DNA from: Rhizodiscina lignyota
Lineage: Eukaryota
Length of the DNA stretch: 64,000 nucleotides
Direction of reading: 5' to 3'
Assembly (NCBI GenBank): GCA_010015805.1
Contig: ML978127.1
Coordinates: 1-64,000 of the forward strand
Notes under the pieces: model-generated
What the model saw: the letters and a program-made list of their open reading frames with translations, nothing else
The model's database searches: none
What the model was told of the DNA's origin: nothing
Made by a program: the position numbers and the translations under genes
Part shown: in pieces, positions 49,188-58,457 of the stretch
Position numbering within the stretch: position 1 is the stretch's first letter
How the letters are laid out: each line of letters opens with the position of its first letter

Positions 49188-50669
49188 ATGCCATCAAAGT
49201 ATGATGGACCACTTGATAGCGGCAAGATGGAGACAGTTAATTTGGAAAAGAATTGGATGCCAGTCCAACCTTCTCGGTGGAGCTTTGCACTTGTGCGGCC
49301 TATTCTTCTGAACAAGCTCGGAGGGTTGGGGACTCGAAACAAACCACTCAAACGCACTGCATGGCTCGACGGACTTCGAGGATTTGCAGCTTTTCTGGTA
49401 TACTGGCACCATCATCAACTATGGGCACACTACCCGACTGGCGAGACTGTCATCTTCGAGAATGCGTTCGGATATGACAACAAGTATTACTTCGTCGCTC
49501 TGCCCGTCGTGCGGATTTTCTTCTCCGGAGGCCACTATGCAGTCACCGTCTTCTTCGTCATCTCTGGATACGTCCTGTCCACCAAGCCTTTGAGTCTGAT
49601 CCAGGCCGGCGAGTTGGCAAAGGCGGGAGACAGCATAGGCTCGGCGCTCTTCCGACGATGGCTGCGACTCTACATTCCAGTTATTGGCACCACATTCTTA
49701 TATATGTCCTGCTGGCATTGGTTCGGCATTTGGACTGCAGCAGGAGAAATGAAAGAGAACTGGTGGGCCGAGCTGTGGAGCTGGTATGCGGAGTTCAAAA
49801 ACTACAGCTTCGTATTCCGTACAGGCGACGATTCCAGCTTCCCATATTTGTACAACTTTCACGTCTGGTCTATTCCGGTTGAGTTCAAAGGCTCCATCAT
49901 CGTCTATACCGCACTATTTGCATTCTCAAGATGTGCACGGAATCCGCGCATATGGTGCGAGCTATCGCTCATCTTCTACTTCCTCTACGTTGCAGACGGG
50001 TGGTACGGAGCGATGTTCATGGCGGGCATGTTACTCTGCGAAATCGACCTTCTCGCCATCGCCAATGAGCTTCCTCGTTTCTTCTCGTACTTCGAGAGCT
50101 TCAAAGAGCTCCTCTTCTTGAACCTGTTCATTGCCAGCCTCTACCTCGGCGGTGTGCCTTCGTCTGACTGGGACATCCAGGTTCTCGAGAAGTCACCTGG
50201 CTGGGCCTATCTGTCCTATCTTAAGCCGCAAGCTGTCTTCGACTTCAAGTGGTTCTACCTCTTCTGGGCGGCCCTGTTTCTCGTGGCATCTGTGCCACGT
50301 CTGCCATGGCTAAAGCATTTCTTCGAAGGCCGCTTCTGTCAATATCTCGGTCGTATCTCTTTCGCCCTGTATCTTGTGCATGGACCCATACTGTGGGTTC
50401 TCGGAGATCGATTGTACACGGCAACAGGCTTCACAAGAGACTCCCACAAAGAGCGCTTGCCAAAGTGGATTGATGCCTTCCCAATCTCCAAGGCAGGCCC
50501 GCTCGGTCTTGAACCCAGCTTCTTGGTGCCACATGTCATACTCCTCCCAGTGACGCTGTGGCTAGCGGAGATAGTCACGAAGCTCTTTGATGAGCCGAGC
50601 GTGAAAATAGCGTCGTGGCTGTACAACAAGTCGCTCGCCCCGCGCTCAACTCCGAATCTAAATCCTTGA
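49188..50669 (+). CDS. Acyltransferase-3 (AT3/OafA-like) multi-pass membrane O-acyltransferase, intronless
   Basis: WLDGLRGFAAFLVYWHH, AVTVFFVISGYVLS, RRWLRLYIP, HVWSIPVEFKGS and YLGRISFALYLVHGP. Confidence 0.93.
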   Translation: MPSKYDGPLDSGKMETVNLEKNWMPVQPSRWSFALVRPILLNKLGGLGTRNKPLKRTAWLDGLRGFAAFLVYWHHHQLWAHYPTGETVIFENAFGYDNKYYFVALPVVRIFFSGGHYAVTVFFVISGYVLSTKPLSLIQAGELAKAGDSIGSALFRRWLRLYIPVIGTTFLYMSCWHWFGIWTAAGEMKENWWAELWSWYAEFKNYSFVFRTGDDSSFPYLYNFHVWSIPVEFKGSIIVYTALFAFSRCARNPRIWCELSLIFYFLYVADGWYGAMFMAGMLLCEIDLLAIANELPRFFSYFESFKELLFLNLFIASLYLGGVPSSDWDIQVLEKSPGWAYLSYLKPQAVFDFKWFYLFWAALFLVASVPRLPWLKHFFEGRFCQYLGRISFALYLVHGPILWVLGDRLYTATGFTRDSHKERLPKWIDAFPISKAGPLGLEPSFLVPHVILLPVTLWLAEIVTKLFDEPSVKIASWLYNKSLAPRSTPNLNP

Positions 50670-51159
50670 GTCGCGTGGTACACGGGCATTGAATCTCAAA
50701 TAGGCAGCTTGTAGACAATAAATCACGTCTTAAGGCCATTCCCAAGCTCCGGTCTGTAGTACGAAAAGCAAAGCGTCTTCTCTTTTGGAACGTGCACAAC
50801 CCGCAGATCGATTTTAGATTGGCGGTGATCTTCAACCCATCACATGCCTGACTGGGGCCATGTTTATAATGCCTCGGCCTGTGCTGGGAAGCTGAACTGA
50901 GATGCGAAACGCACATGGATTAAATTAATTGTGTGGCCTGTGCCTCGATCCTCCTGCATATTCCCCGGATCTTTAACATTGCATGGGTATGAAAATGAGG
51001 AGCACTACTGCACATTGGCCAGCTCATCCATGCTCTGTCACAGGTTTCCCGCTTGTGATTCTCTACGGCCGCGCCTGTCGCAAAGAATCATGTCAACTTT
51101 GCAAATTTCCCAGGAAGACCGAAATATATTACGACGAAGATGGTACCGGCAAGGCGACA

Positions 51160-52611
51160 ATGTTGCTTCAATCATTTTCCAAAGTTCTCGTAGTCATTGC
51201 TTCGTTTCTTATTTTTGGTTCCTTCGTATATCTCTACCACGATGAGGAAGCACAGGTGCTGCGAGAGCTCGGCGTTTGGCTGAAAGACGGTAGCAAAGAA
51301 TCACACTCCAAATCTTCATCGCAATCGTCTGAATCATTATCAAATGATCCGTTGCAGAGTATAATTCCTACACACGACTCCCTACATCCACCTCCAGGAG
51401 ACTCCCCACATCTTTCCGCCCCAACAACTAACGAGGAGTTCTTCGTCGACCCGTTAAAGTATAATGAAGTCTTCTCCAGTTCAACATCGTTCAGGAAGTT
51501 CTTTGAAATTAAATTTGGCGATCATTCAGCGCTGAATCCAAACATCATTCCGCACCCGTCCCGTGATGATACTTGGATCATCGTTGCGCAGGAAGAGATG
51601 AGGCAAAGTACGGACGGGACCTTTGGACCTTTCAAGGAACTTGTCTGCAACGCCATTTTTATCAAAGACAAACTCGCCTGCTCAGAACCTCCCACAGTCC
51701 TTCCAGTCGCACCGACGCAAGGCGGACACTGTAAGGGCGATCTTTCATACTTCAATGACAACGTCGGTCCCCATGATGCGCGTGTCTTTTACGGGCCGGA
51801 TAACCCGTATGCAGTATACGGCTCCAATTCTGGCTTCACGTGCTTCGGCCAATGGATACAAGACTTCCGCATGCTGGTCGAAGATTTTGGTCCCGAGACT
51901 ATGACAGCGGAGCTCTTCAAAGACGTGACGGAACTACAGCGGCCATCACCGTACGGCAAGATTGAGAAGAATTGGTTTGTCTTCTGGGATGTCGAAGGCC
52001 AGTTGTACGCGCACTATGATATCTCGCCAAAACGAGTATTCGCGCAGCTCTCCGCAGATGGTTCTGTGGGTCAGAATCTCGCTCCGCTCGCAGCGAGTAA
52101 GGACGACGCATGCCTTGCGAGATATATGCCAAAGCTTGCACCGGATCTGGAGTCAATCCACCAGGCGACAAACTCTCTTTTAATAACACTCTGCAAAAGA
52201 TCAGATCCAACATGTCAGCAAACCGTCGAGAACACCTTCATCATGGCGATCTTCCAGCACAAGGCTTTCTACTCATTCCACAGCGTCTACGACCCGTACG
52301 TAGTGTTAATCAAGCAGAGCGCTCCATTTGAAATTTATGCCATCTCCCAAAAGCCGTTCTGGATACACGGACGAGGTCCGTTCACGGAAGCAAGCAAGTC
52401 CAGCCTGTGGAAAGGGAAGCATTTGCCAGAGAATCAGACGGAAATGTTCTACGTGACGAGTATGAGCTGGAAGGCGCATGGGCAGAGGTACCATGGCTAT
52501 ATCGATGATGTTCTTTTCGTTGCCTTTGGAATAGAAGACTCGAGAACAGGGGCTATTGATGTGCTGGGGGGCGACATCCTGGCTGATTTGGGGGTTTGTG
52601 CCGGTATCTGA
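51160..52611 (+). CDS. Type II membrane protein of unknown function with Bmt(GT91)/GH130-like beta-propeller motifs, intronless
   Basis: Short N-terminal TM (VLVVIASFLIFGSFVYLY), S/P-rich stem, then ALNPNIIPHP, GPHDARVFYG, IEKNWFVFWD, HQATNSL and FVAFGIED. ATG 51160 preferred over 50983 because it directly precedes the anchor. The CDS is secure; the fold is inferred. Confidence 0.8.
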   Translation: MLLQSFSKVLVVIASFLIFGSFVYLYHDEEAQVLRELGVWLKDGSKESHSKSSSQSSESLSNDPLQSIIPTHDSLHPPPGDSPHLSAPTTNEEFFVDPLKYNEVFSSSTSFRKFFEIKFGDHSALNPNIIPHPSRDDTWIIVAQEEMRQSTDGTFGPFKELVCNAIFIKDKLACSEPPTVLPVAPTQGGHCKGDLSYFNDNVGPHDARVFYGPDNPYAVYGSNSGFTCFGQWIQDFRMLVEDFGPETMTAELFKDVTELQRPSPYGKIEKNWFVFWDVEGQLYAHYDISPKRVFAQLSADGSVGQNLAPLAASKDDACLARYMPKLAPDLESIHQATNSLLITLCKRSDPTCQQTVENTFIMAIFQHKAFYSFHSVYDPYVVLIKQSAPFEIYAISQKPFWIHGRGPFTEASKSSLWKGKHLPENQTEMFYVTSMSWKAHGQRYHGYIDDVLFVAFGIEDSRTGAIDVLGGDILADLGVCAGI

Positions 52612-53173
52612 GAGGACTTTATCTGAATAGACGATACATTTAGCGTTGAAATAAGACCTTCCTGTCTTCATAGAATGCAGAAGCATTTACATAAAAGAGG
52701 CAATGGTGATCAAAGAGTTTCAGGGGCTCGGAATGAAAATAGTAACGGAAGTGACTGTGGGAGCCTTACGATAACCAATAAGGTTAGAGTATGACTAACG
52801 GACCAAGGCAGCAGAATTCGGCACGTCTTTCGCTCTCTACGCATCTGCAAGTTTCAATTTTCTTCTTTCCCAAGTTATATTTGTCCCTCGAGCACGAATG
52901 AGCCCACAAGTATTTCAAGAAGCGTCAGAAAGCTGAAGCGTCCCACCGAAAATGCGAAAATCGCGAGCCAGCTTGTATGTACCGGCCCATCCTTCAGAGT
53001 AACTTGTCGACGAACTCGATATAGAAACCGGTGAGCTTGTAGATCCTGGAAGAAGTAGTTTGATAACAGCCTTCGGCATATTCCTGTTACCAAGGAGAAA
53101 TACCTTGCATATCTTATTCGATTCCAGAACGTTACGTACAATATGCACATACCGAACGAAAGATGATGATACC

Positions 53174-53878
53174 TTACGGCAAAGTGGATACATCGACAGC
53201 CTGGATCTGCAATGAACTGTAATCAGAGACGAGAATTGTCCGTCCATTCGGACTGATAGCCAACTCGCGCGGGAACTTCCCGGTGTTTATGCGACCGAGG
53301 ACAGAATTATTGCTTCCATGGAGGGCTGCTTGGACATCTACGGCAGACAGCCCGCTTATGGCGCCTGGAGTGTTGTAGCGATTTGAATCTGCGGTGACGA
53401 TTCGAGTCCCACCTCTCGCAAAAATCAAGCCGACCGGGAGGTTGCCGACCTGGACAGAGGCGAGCAGCGCCTCATCCGGTTTCGACGGCAGTTTTGCGGC
53501 ATCGAATGCGAGGAGATGATTGCTCTCCCGCGCCGTAACCCAGACTGTCTTGCCGTCCGGGTGGACTGCAACTCTTACGTCGCCACAGCCGGCAGGAAAG
53601 ACCTGTGAAACCAGGGCCTTACTTGGAGTGAAAGCTCTCGTGCTCAATACACCCAGAGTGTCGTTCAATGCAACAAAGGCAATGTTGCCGTGCGTGGCAT
53701 AGGTCAGCCCAAATGGATGAATTGCGTTGCCAGTGCCGATTTGCGCTGTCCGCACATTGTTCAGTGTAGTCTGATTCGGCGCCGGTCCTTGACAATCAGG
53801 CACTGATACAGCTCCAACAGCACCAAGAAGGATGATGGAAAAATTGAGACACAATTGAATTGAGAGTAGCCGAACCAT
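53174..53878 (-). CDS. Secreted YVTN/YncE-like beta-propeller protein, apparently short (234 aa)
   Basis: Signal peptide; blade repeats HPFGLTYA, VRVAVHPDGKTVWVT, VQVGNLPVGLIFA and TGKFPRELAISPNGRTILVSDY. Confidence 0.8.
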   Translation of the reverse strand: MVRLLSIQLCLNFSIILLGAVGAVSVPDCQGPAPNQTTLNNVRTAQIGTGNAIHPFGLTYATHGNIAFVALNDTLGVLSTRAFTPSKALVSQVFPAGCGDVRVAVHPDGKTVWVTARESNHLLAFDAAKLPSKPDEALLASVQVGNLPVGLIFARGGTRIVTADSNRYNTPGAISGLSAVDVQAALHGSNNSVLGRINTGKFPRELAISPNGRTILVSDYSSLQIQAVDVSTLP

Positions 53879-54894
53879 TCTGAAGCTCGTGGCTAGCCAG
53901 CCCCGATGATAGCGTACGAGCGACGTATGTAGCTTGAGACTCTAGCTCAAGGAGGAGAAAATGAAGCAGTGAGTACAAAATTAGTTCAAATATTCGACTT
54001 CGGATCCTTCAATAGAATGGAAAATACAAGCTTTTAAGCCGCATAGAGCGCGGTTTTCCATGCAGGTCCCCACCATCGATCGACGCCGTCTGCAATATGA
54101 GCGACCAATGAATGGCGCGGATGCTAGAGAGTGCAAGAGATATTGGCCTGAAGCTTGGATACTTTGCAAATCCTACGAATGCGGGATTTCTACAATAGGG
54201 TTCGATGTACACCCAAAGTCCGCGAATGCTTACCCCGATCGGAAGCGGAGTATTTTGAGAAGAATATAAGGAGATTATTCGTAACTTATTAAAAGAGAGA
54301 AGCGAGAAATATGAAGTCATTAGAATAAGCATCTCGAAAGCGGATCCTCCCGCGTATCGTGCCACAGTCGTCAATGATTGCCATCTTGCGCGTCCCAACC
54401 TAATCCCCGCTTAGATGTGCCTCGGAACTTTAAATTAATGACGAAGATAGAATTAAAATCGCGCAGCGTAGTGATGGAGCATCAATTATTCCACTTGACT
54501 GTTTGAAAAGGTGAGCACCCATTGACTTTCATCACCTGGAAGGTTTGAAACATACTGGACTCGTAATATAAATTTCAATTGTGCTCAAGCCGCATCAGCA
54601 GCGAGCTGGCTACCAATGCCGAGATAGCAATACCAGAATATGATTACAAGCGCAATATATGCAGCACTCTCCAAAAGCAAATATTCCTCCGGCCAAATGC
54701 ATGATGGCGACCCAGATCAGACCCAAACCAACGCCACTGATGCATGTTGAGTTGATACAAAAAAACAAAACGCTGCACATAATAAGGCAAATAACAAGCA
54801 GATGCAAGAAGCAATGGCTGTTCCCGCAGCCCTCTAATGCAAACAATCATTACAGGCTCTTTCTCGCACTAGAAGTGAAGGTCGATGTCTCAGT

Positions 54895-56724
54895 TCAAGC
54901 AGCTCGGCCCCTCTTCTTTCCGCCAAGTTCTTTTCGGTGGAATGGGTCCTCCGGCCAGATCCATCCACGATGCCTCTTCGCTTCTCGCTTCTCGAGCAAA
55001 CTCGGCTTCGGGACCCAGTCATCCTTGTCGATGCAGTTGGCGCGCGTTCGAAGCACAGGGCCGCCGACATCCATGCGCCATGTCAAGCCACCCTCATGGC
55101 CAGGTAGCGGCTCATCCTTGGCTAGCATATGGAGGTACCAGAGAGCAAGGCCAGCAGTGAGTGGAGGCATGCTTCCATCCTCAGTAGACTGGACATGAGT
55201 GCTTAGTTGGATGGGTGCCGAAGTCTCGAGGTAGCCGAAGATGGGGGTATTCGCGTCGAAGCCTGCGGTTGAGGCCGCCTCCCCAGAGCCCATGCCGCCT
55301 GCGCGCACGCAGAGAAGCTCGATCTCAGTGATGATGAATCCGTAGCGGCAGCCATGCTCGCGCATCACGCGATGCAGATGCGCCAGGCCGCGAAGATAGT
55401 CGACCTTCTTTTGCGGGCCTTCACTGCGCATGCCGGTATTCCAGTCATCGTACGCTTTTACAAGACCAACAACGCGCCCGCGAAGCTCGCCTTGGAACGT
55501 TCTCTCCATATCGGTAGGATAGTTGGAGATGAAGTCTGGCTGGGTGCGGGAAGTTCCATTGGGCTTGTTGGCACGCATAAGCATATGGTGGTTGCCCTGG
55601 CTCATTTGCAGAGCGGCGTTGATCTTGGCGCAGAAAAAGTCGGAATAAATTTCGTGAAGATGCCCCTCGCTCTCAGGCTGAGTTGAGGTAGGACGCGCAG
55701 GCTGAGGAAGGAATGCGTTGTCGACAGGAAGTTGGATGAGGTGCAGTAGGTCAGGGATGGACGAGATGGCGGACATGGAGAAGGAGTTCCAAGAGCGAAG
55801 GTTACGGATGTCGAACCAGAAGTGAGGCGTGATGGTACGTTGGCTGGAAGTTATGCGACGAACGAGAGCGGGGGATGGATTCGGCGTGGTGAGGTAATTG
55901 AGTATGCTTGATGAACCAAGCGAGGAGACTGGCTGAGCAGGTGGCTCGAACGTAAAGTCTGCGATCGAAGGGAACGACATCTGTTGTGGGAATTGAAAGG
56001 AGTCAGACAAGGAAGGCATGACGTTGAAGATGCCAGGGTCCGGGACGGCTGTGACAGTTGTCGATGGATAAGCAGCAGATGTGATGTAGCTTGGAGTTTG
56101 GCGGTAGGTGGGATAGCCATAGCGACCAAGATTGAGTTCATCAAGGCTGGAGCCAGAGCCAGAACGTGAGTGGCCACGAGTGGGGCCAGCAGAACTTGCG
56201 CGGACAGGAGCAAGGGATGATCGCCTGGACTGTGGCTGTTGAGGCTGGGGGAACTCGATGGGTGACGTCAACGTGGTGCCCAGTCCGGAATGGGCAGGCG
56301 ATTGTCCTGAGGTGGAAACGGCCAGGGAAAGGTGCGACGCAGGAGATTGGAGTTCGCTATCTTTCGACGGGCTGATGCCGCGGCAATTAAGTGTCGGCCG
56401 TTGAAGGTATGGGTGATAGACAGAGTTTTGATAGCTGGAGGCGCTGGAGACATTGCGCCTATGGCGGATCGGTCCTGCGCCTGCAACAGGTTCTGTGACC
56501 TGATCCTGCTGCCTGACCTTGGGGAGGAGCACAGCTCCATATTGGCGCACGGGAGACTCCCTTGGAGGTGTAGTGCGCGCGGTGGAGGTAGTGAAAAGAG
56601 ACTCGGGAGACGAGTCCGATGTGTGATGTGATGCGTCGGAGTCGTACCAGCTACCAGCGCCGTGAGTAAAGCTGTACATGTTGGTGGCCGATGGAGGCGT
56701 AGTATGTCTAATGCTTGGGTACAT
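54895..56724 (-). CDS. Fungal protein with disordered S/P-rich N-half and a C-terminal PD-(D/E)XK-like domain
   Basis: 609-aa ORF with HFWFDIRNLRSW, QPDFISNY, RVVGLVK, YLRGLAHLHRVMREHGCRYGFIITEIEL and EKREAKRHRGWIWP. Probable 5'-UTR intron at 56749-56804. Confidence 0.8.
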   Translation of the reverse strand: MYPSIRHTTPPSATNMYSFTHGAGSWYDSDASHHTSDSSPESLFTTSTARTTPPRESPVRQYGAVLLPKVRQQDQVTEPVAGAGPIRHRRNVSSASSYQNSVYHPYLQRPTLNCRGISPSKDSELQSPASHLSLAVSTSGQSPAHSGLGTTLTSPIEFPQPQQPQSRRSSLAPVRASSAGPTRGHSRSGSGSSLDELNLGRYGYPTYRQTPSYITSAAYPSTTVTAVPDPGIFNVMPSLSDSFQFPQQMSFPSIADFTFEPPAQPVSSLGSSSILNYLTTPNPSPALVRRITSSQRTITPHFWFDIRNLRSWNSFSMSAISSIPDLLHLIQLPVDNAFLPQPARPTSTQPESEGHLHEIYSDFFCAKINAALQMSQGNHHMLMRANKPNGTSRTQPDFISNYPTDMERTFQGELRGRVVGLVKAYDDWNTGMRSEGPQKKVDYLRGLAHLHRVMREHGCRYGFIITEIELLCVRAGGMGSGEAASTAGFDANTPIFGYLETSAPIQLSTHVQSTEDGSMPPLTAGLALWYLHMLAKDEPLPGHEGGLTWRMDVGGPVLRTRANCIDKDDWVPKPSLLEKREAKRHRGWIWPEDPFHRKELGGKKRGRAA

Positions 56725-58457
56725 GACTTTTGGAGCCCTGATGCCTGACTGTTGGCAAGTATGAGTACGAAGAATGCCTTACGGGCGGCTGGCAGTGCAC
56801 TCACCCAGTGCTATGAATATAGAAAGCAGATATTACTAGTAGACAATACTGTTGGAAAGGAGGCCGGCTCCAATGAAAAGACAAAAGAGAGGAAACAAAG
56901 GAAACGAACAGACCCGAGGGTAACAACACGAGAGGCGGAGCGATGTTGGTGATGGCTTTGAATCTGCAGGTTGGGAGGCACAGCTCTACTTATCAACATC
57001 GGGAAATTGGAGCATCATTCACCAGCAAAATAGCCAGCGACAAGGTCACGACGGCTATCCAGCGCAATGGCCACTTGAAACAGCCAAACAGATCTCGCGG
57101 GAGTACAGGCGGCTCTGCGTTGTCCTACGTGAGCATGAGACCTTGGGCCGAACAGGTCTTCCCCACGAGGCACGGTGAAACGTGCGGCATGATCCTGGCC
57201 AGATCGGAAGCTGGGCAGCGAGGCCTCGAGAGGGACCAGAAGCTGCTATTTTGGGGGCGGGTCTGTATAGCGGTGGCCGGCGAAGGTGGTGGTGAAGGCT
57301 TGAGTGGCCGTGGTTGCAAGCGGCCTAAGCGTCTGAAGAGCGGTCGAGCTGGCGGCTCCCTCTGAAGCAGCAGCGACTTGAAACTCTGGTTACAGGACAG
57401 CTAAGAGTCATCGGCGCGTGTCTGGTGTATTTTGGGGGACGATCGCGGTGAATACGCGCTGTGAGGCTTTCGAGTTGCAGGCGCGTAGTGCAGCGAACTG
57501 GCGTTGGCGCTTCCCATTTGCTCGGCCCGCTGTCGGCTTGGCATGCAGAACGGCAGAAGCGGAGCGCGTTGAAACAACTACGTCTGCGAGAGAGACGGTG
57601 ACTCACAGCTGCAGAGCGATATGTGTTTCTCCTCTAAATGCCGCAACTGCTATCGTGTATAACACCTTGGACATGCAAAAGCCCATCGACGTCGCCATCT
57701 TCATCGTCGCTCTCCCTTCTCCCACCTCATTTTCCAACACTGGCCTGTGCAGCTCTCAGCTGACAGTGGGCGCTTAACCGCATCTCGGAATTTGCGAGTC
57801 GCACACACACAGGCTCGTGGTCTTCCACCTAAGCGCTGTGTCCTTCAGCGAAATTAAATGCCTCTATTTCTGTGCTTCACGGAATATGCGTTCATTGCGT
57901 CAGTCGATCGGAGACAAGCGCTCCGTCAAATCACTTCGCTGCTCCGTGCGCCTCATCTCGTCCTGTGCTGGGCATCAGAGTGCTTGTGCCTGCATCCCTC
58001 CGCGCTCCACCACGGCTATGCAATGCATAACGCAGGAACAGCGTTGCACGGCTTGCCGCTGGACGAGCATGCGGAGAATTCTTCGAACTCTTCATCGTTA
58101 CATAGTCTTCTTCGAATATTCCGTACATCTTGTTTCACCTCGAGAACTGTCTCAATACCAAAATAGATGCGGATATCTACGTACCATCGCAGAGCACGCG
58201 ACGCCTCAACTGCTCAAGAGACTAGGCACCCCCTCAACCGCGTAAGTGTCATTATCGAGTCTTCTCGTCTTGGGCGCGTATTTGAGGCTGTGCATGTATA
58301 CCCCTCTCTGCCGCCCGGAATCTATGCGCGGCAGCCTCCCTTTGCTGCACACGGTCGCATTGCAACTGTAGTCCTGACCCTCGGCTTCATCTGGTCCACG
58401 TCTCTCTGACCTTGCGAATCTCACTCTGCAGTGCCCCCTGACAATACGATTGGACAA

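Noticed and set aside
50983..51159. 59-codon upstream in-frame extension of the Bmt/GH130-like ORF
   Set aside because: It looks non-coding in composition; ATG 51160 directly precedes the membrane anchor and is the more plausible start.
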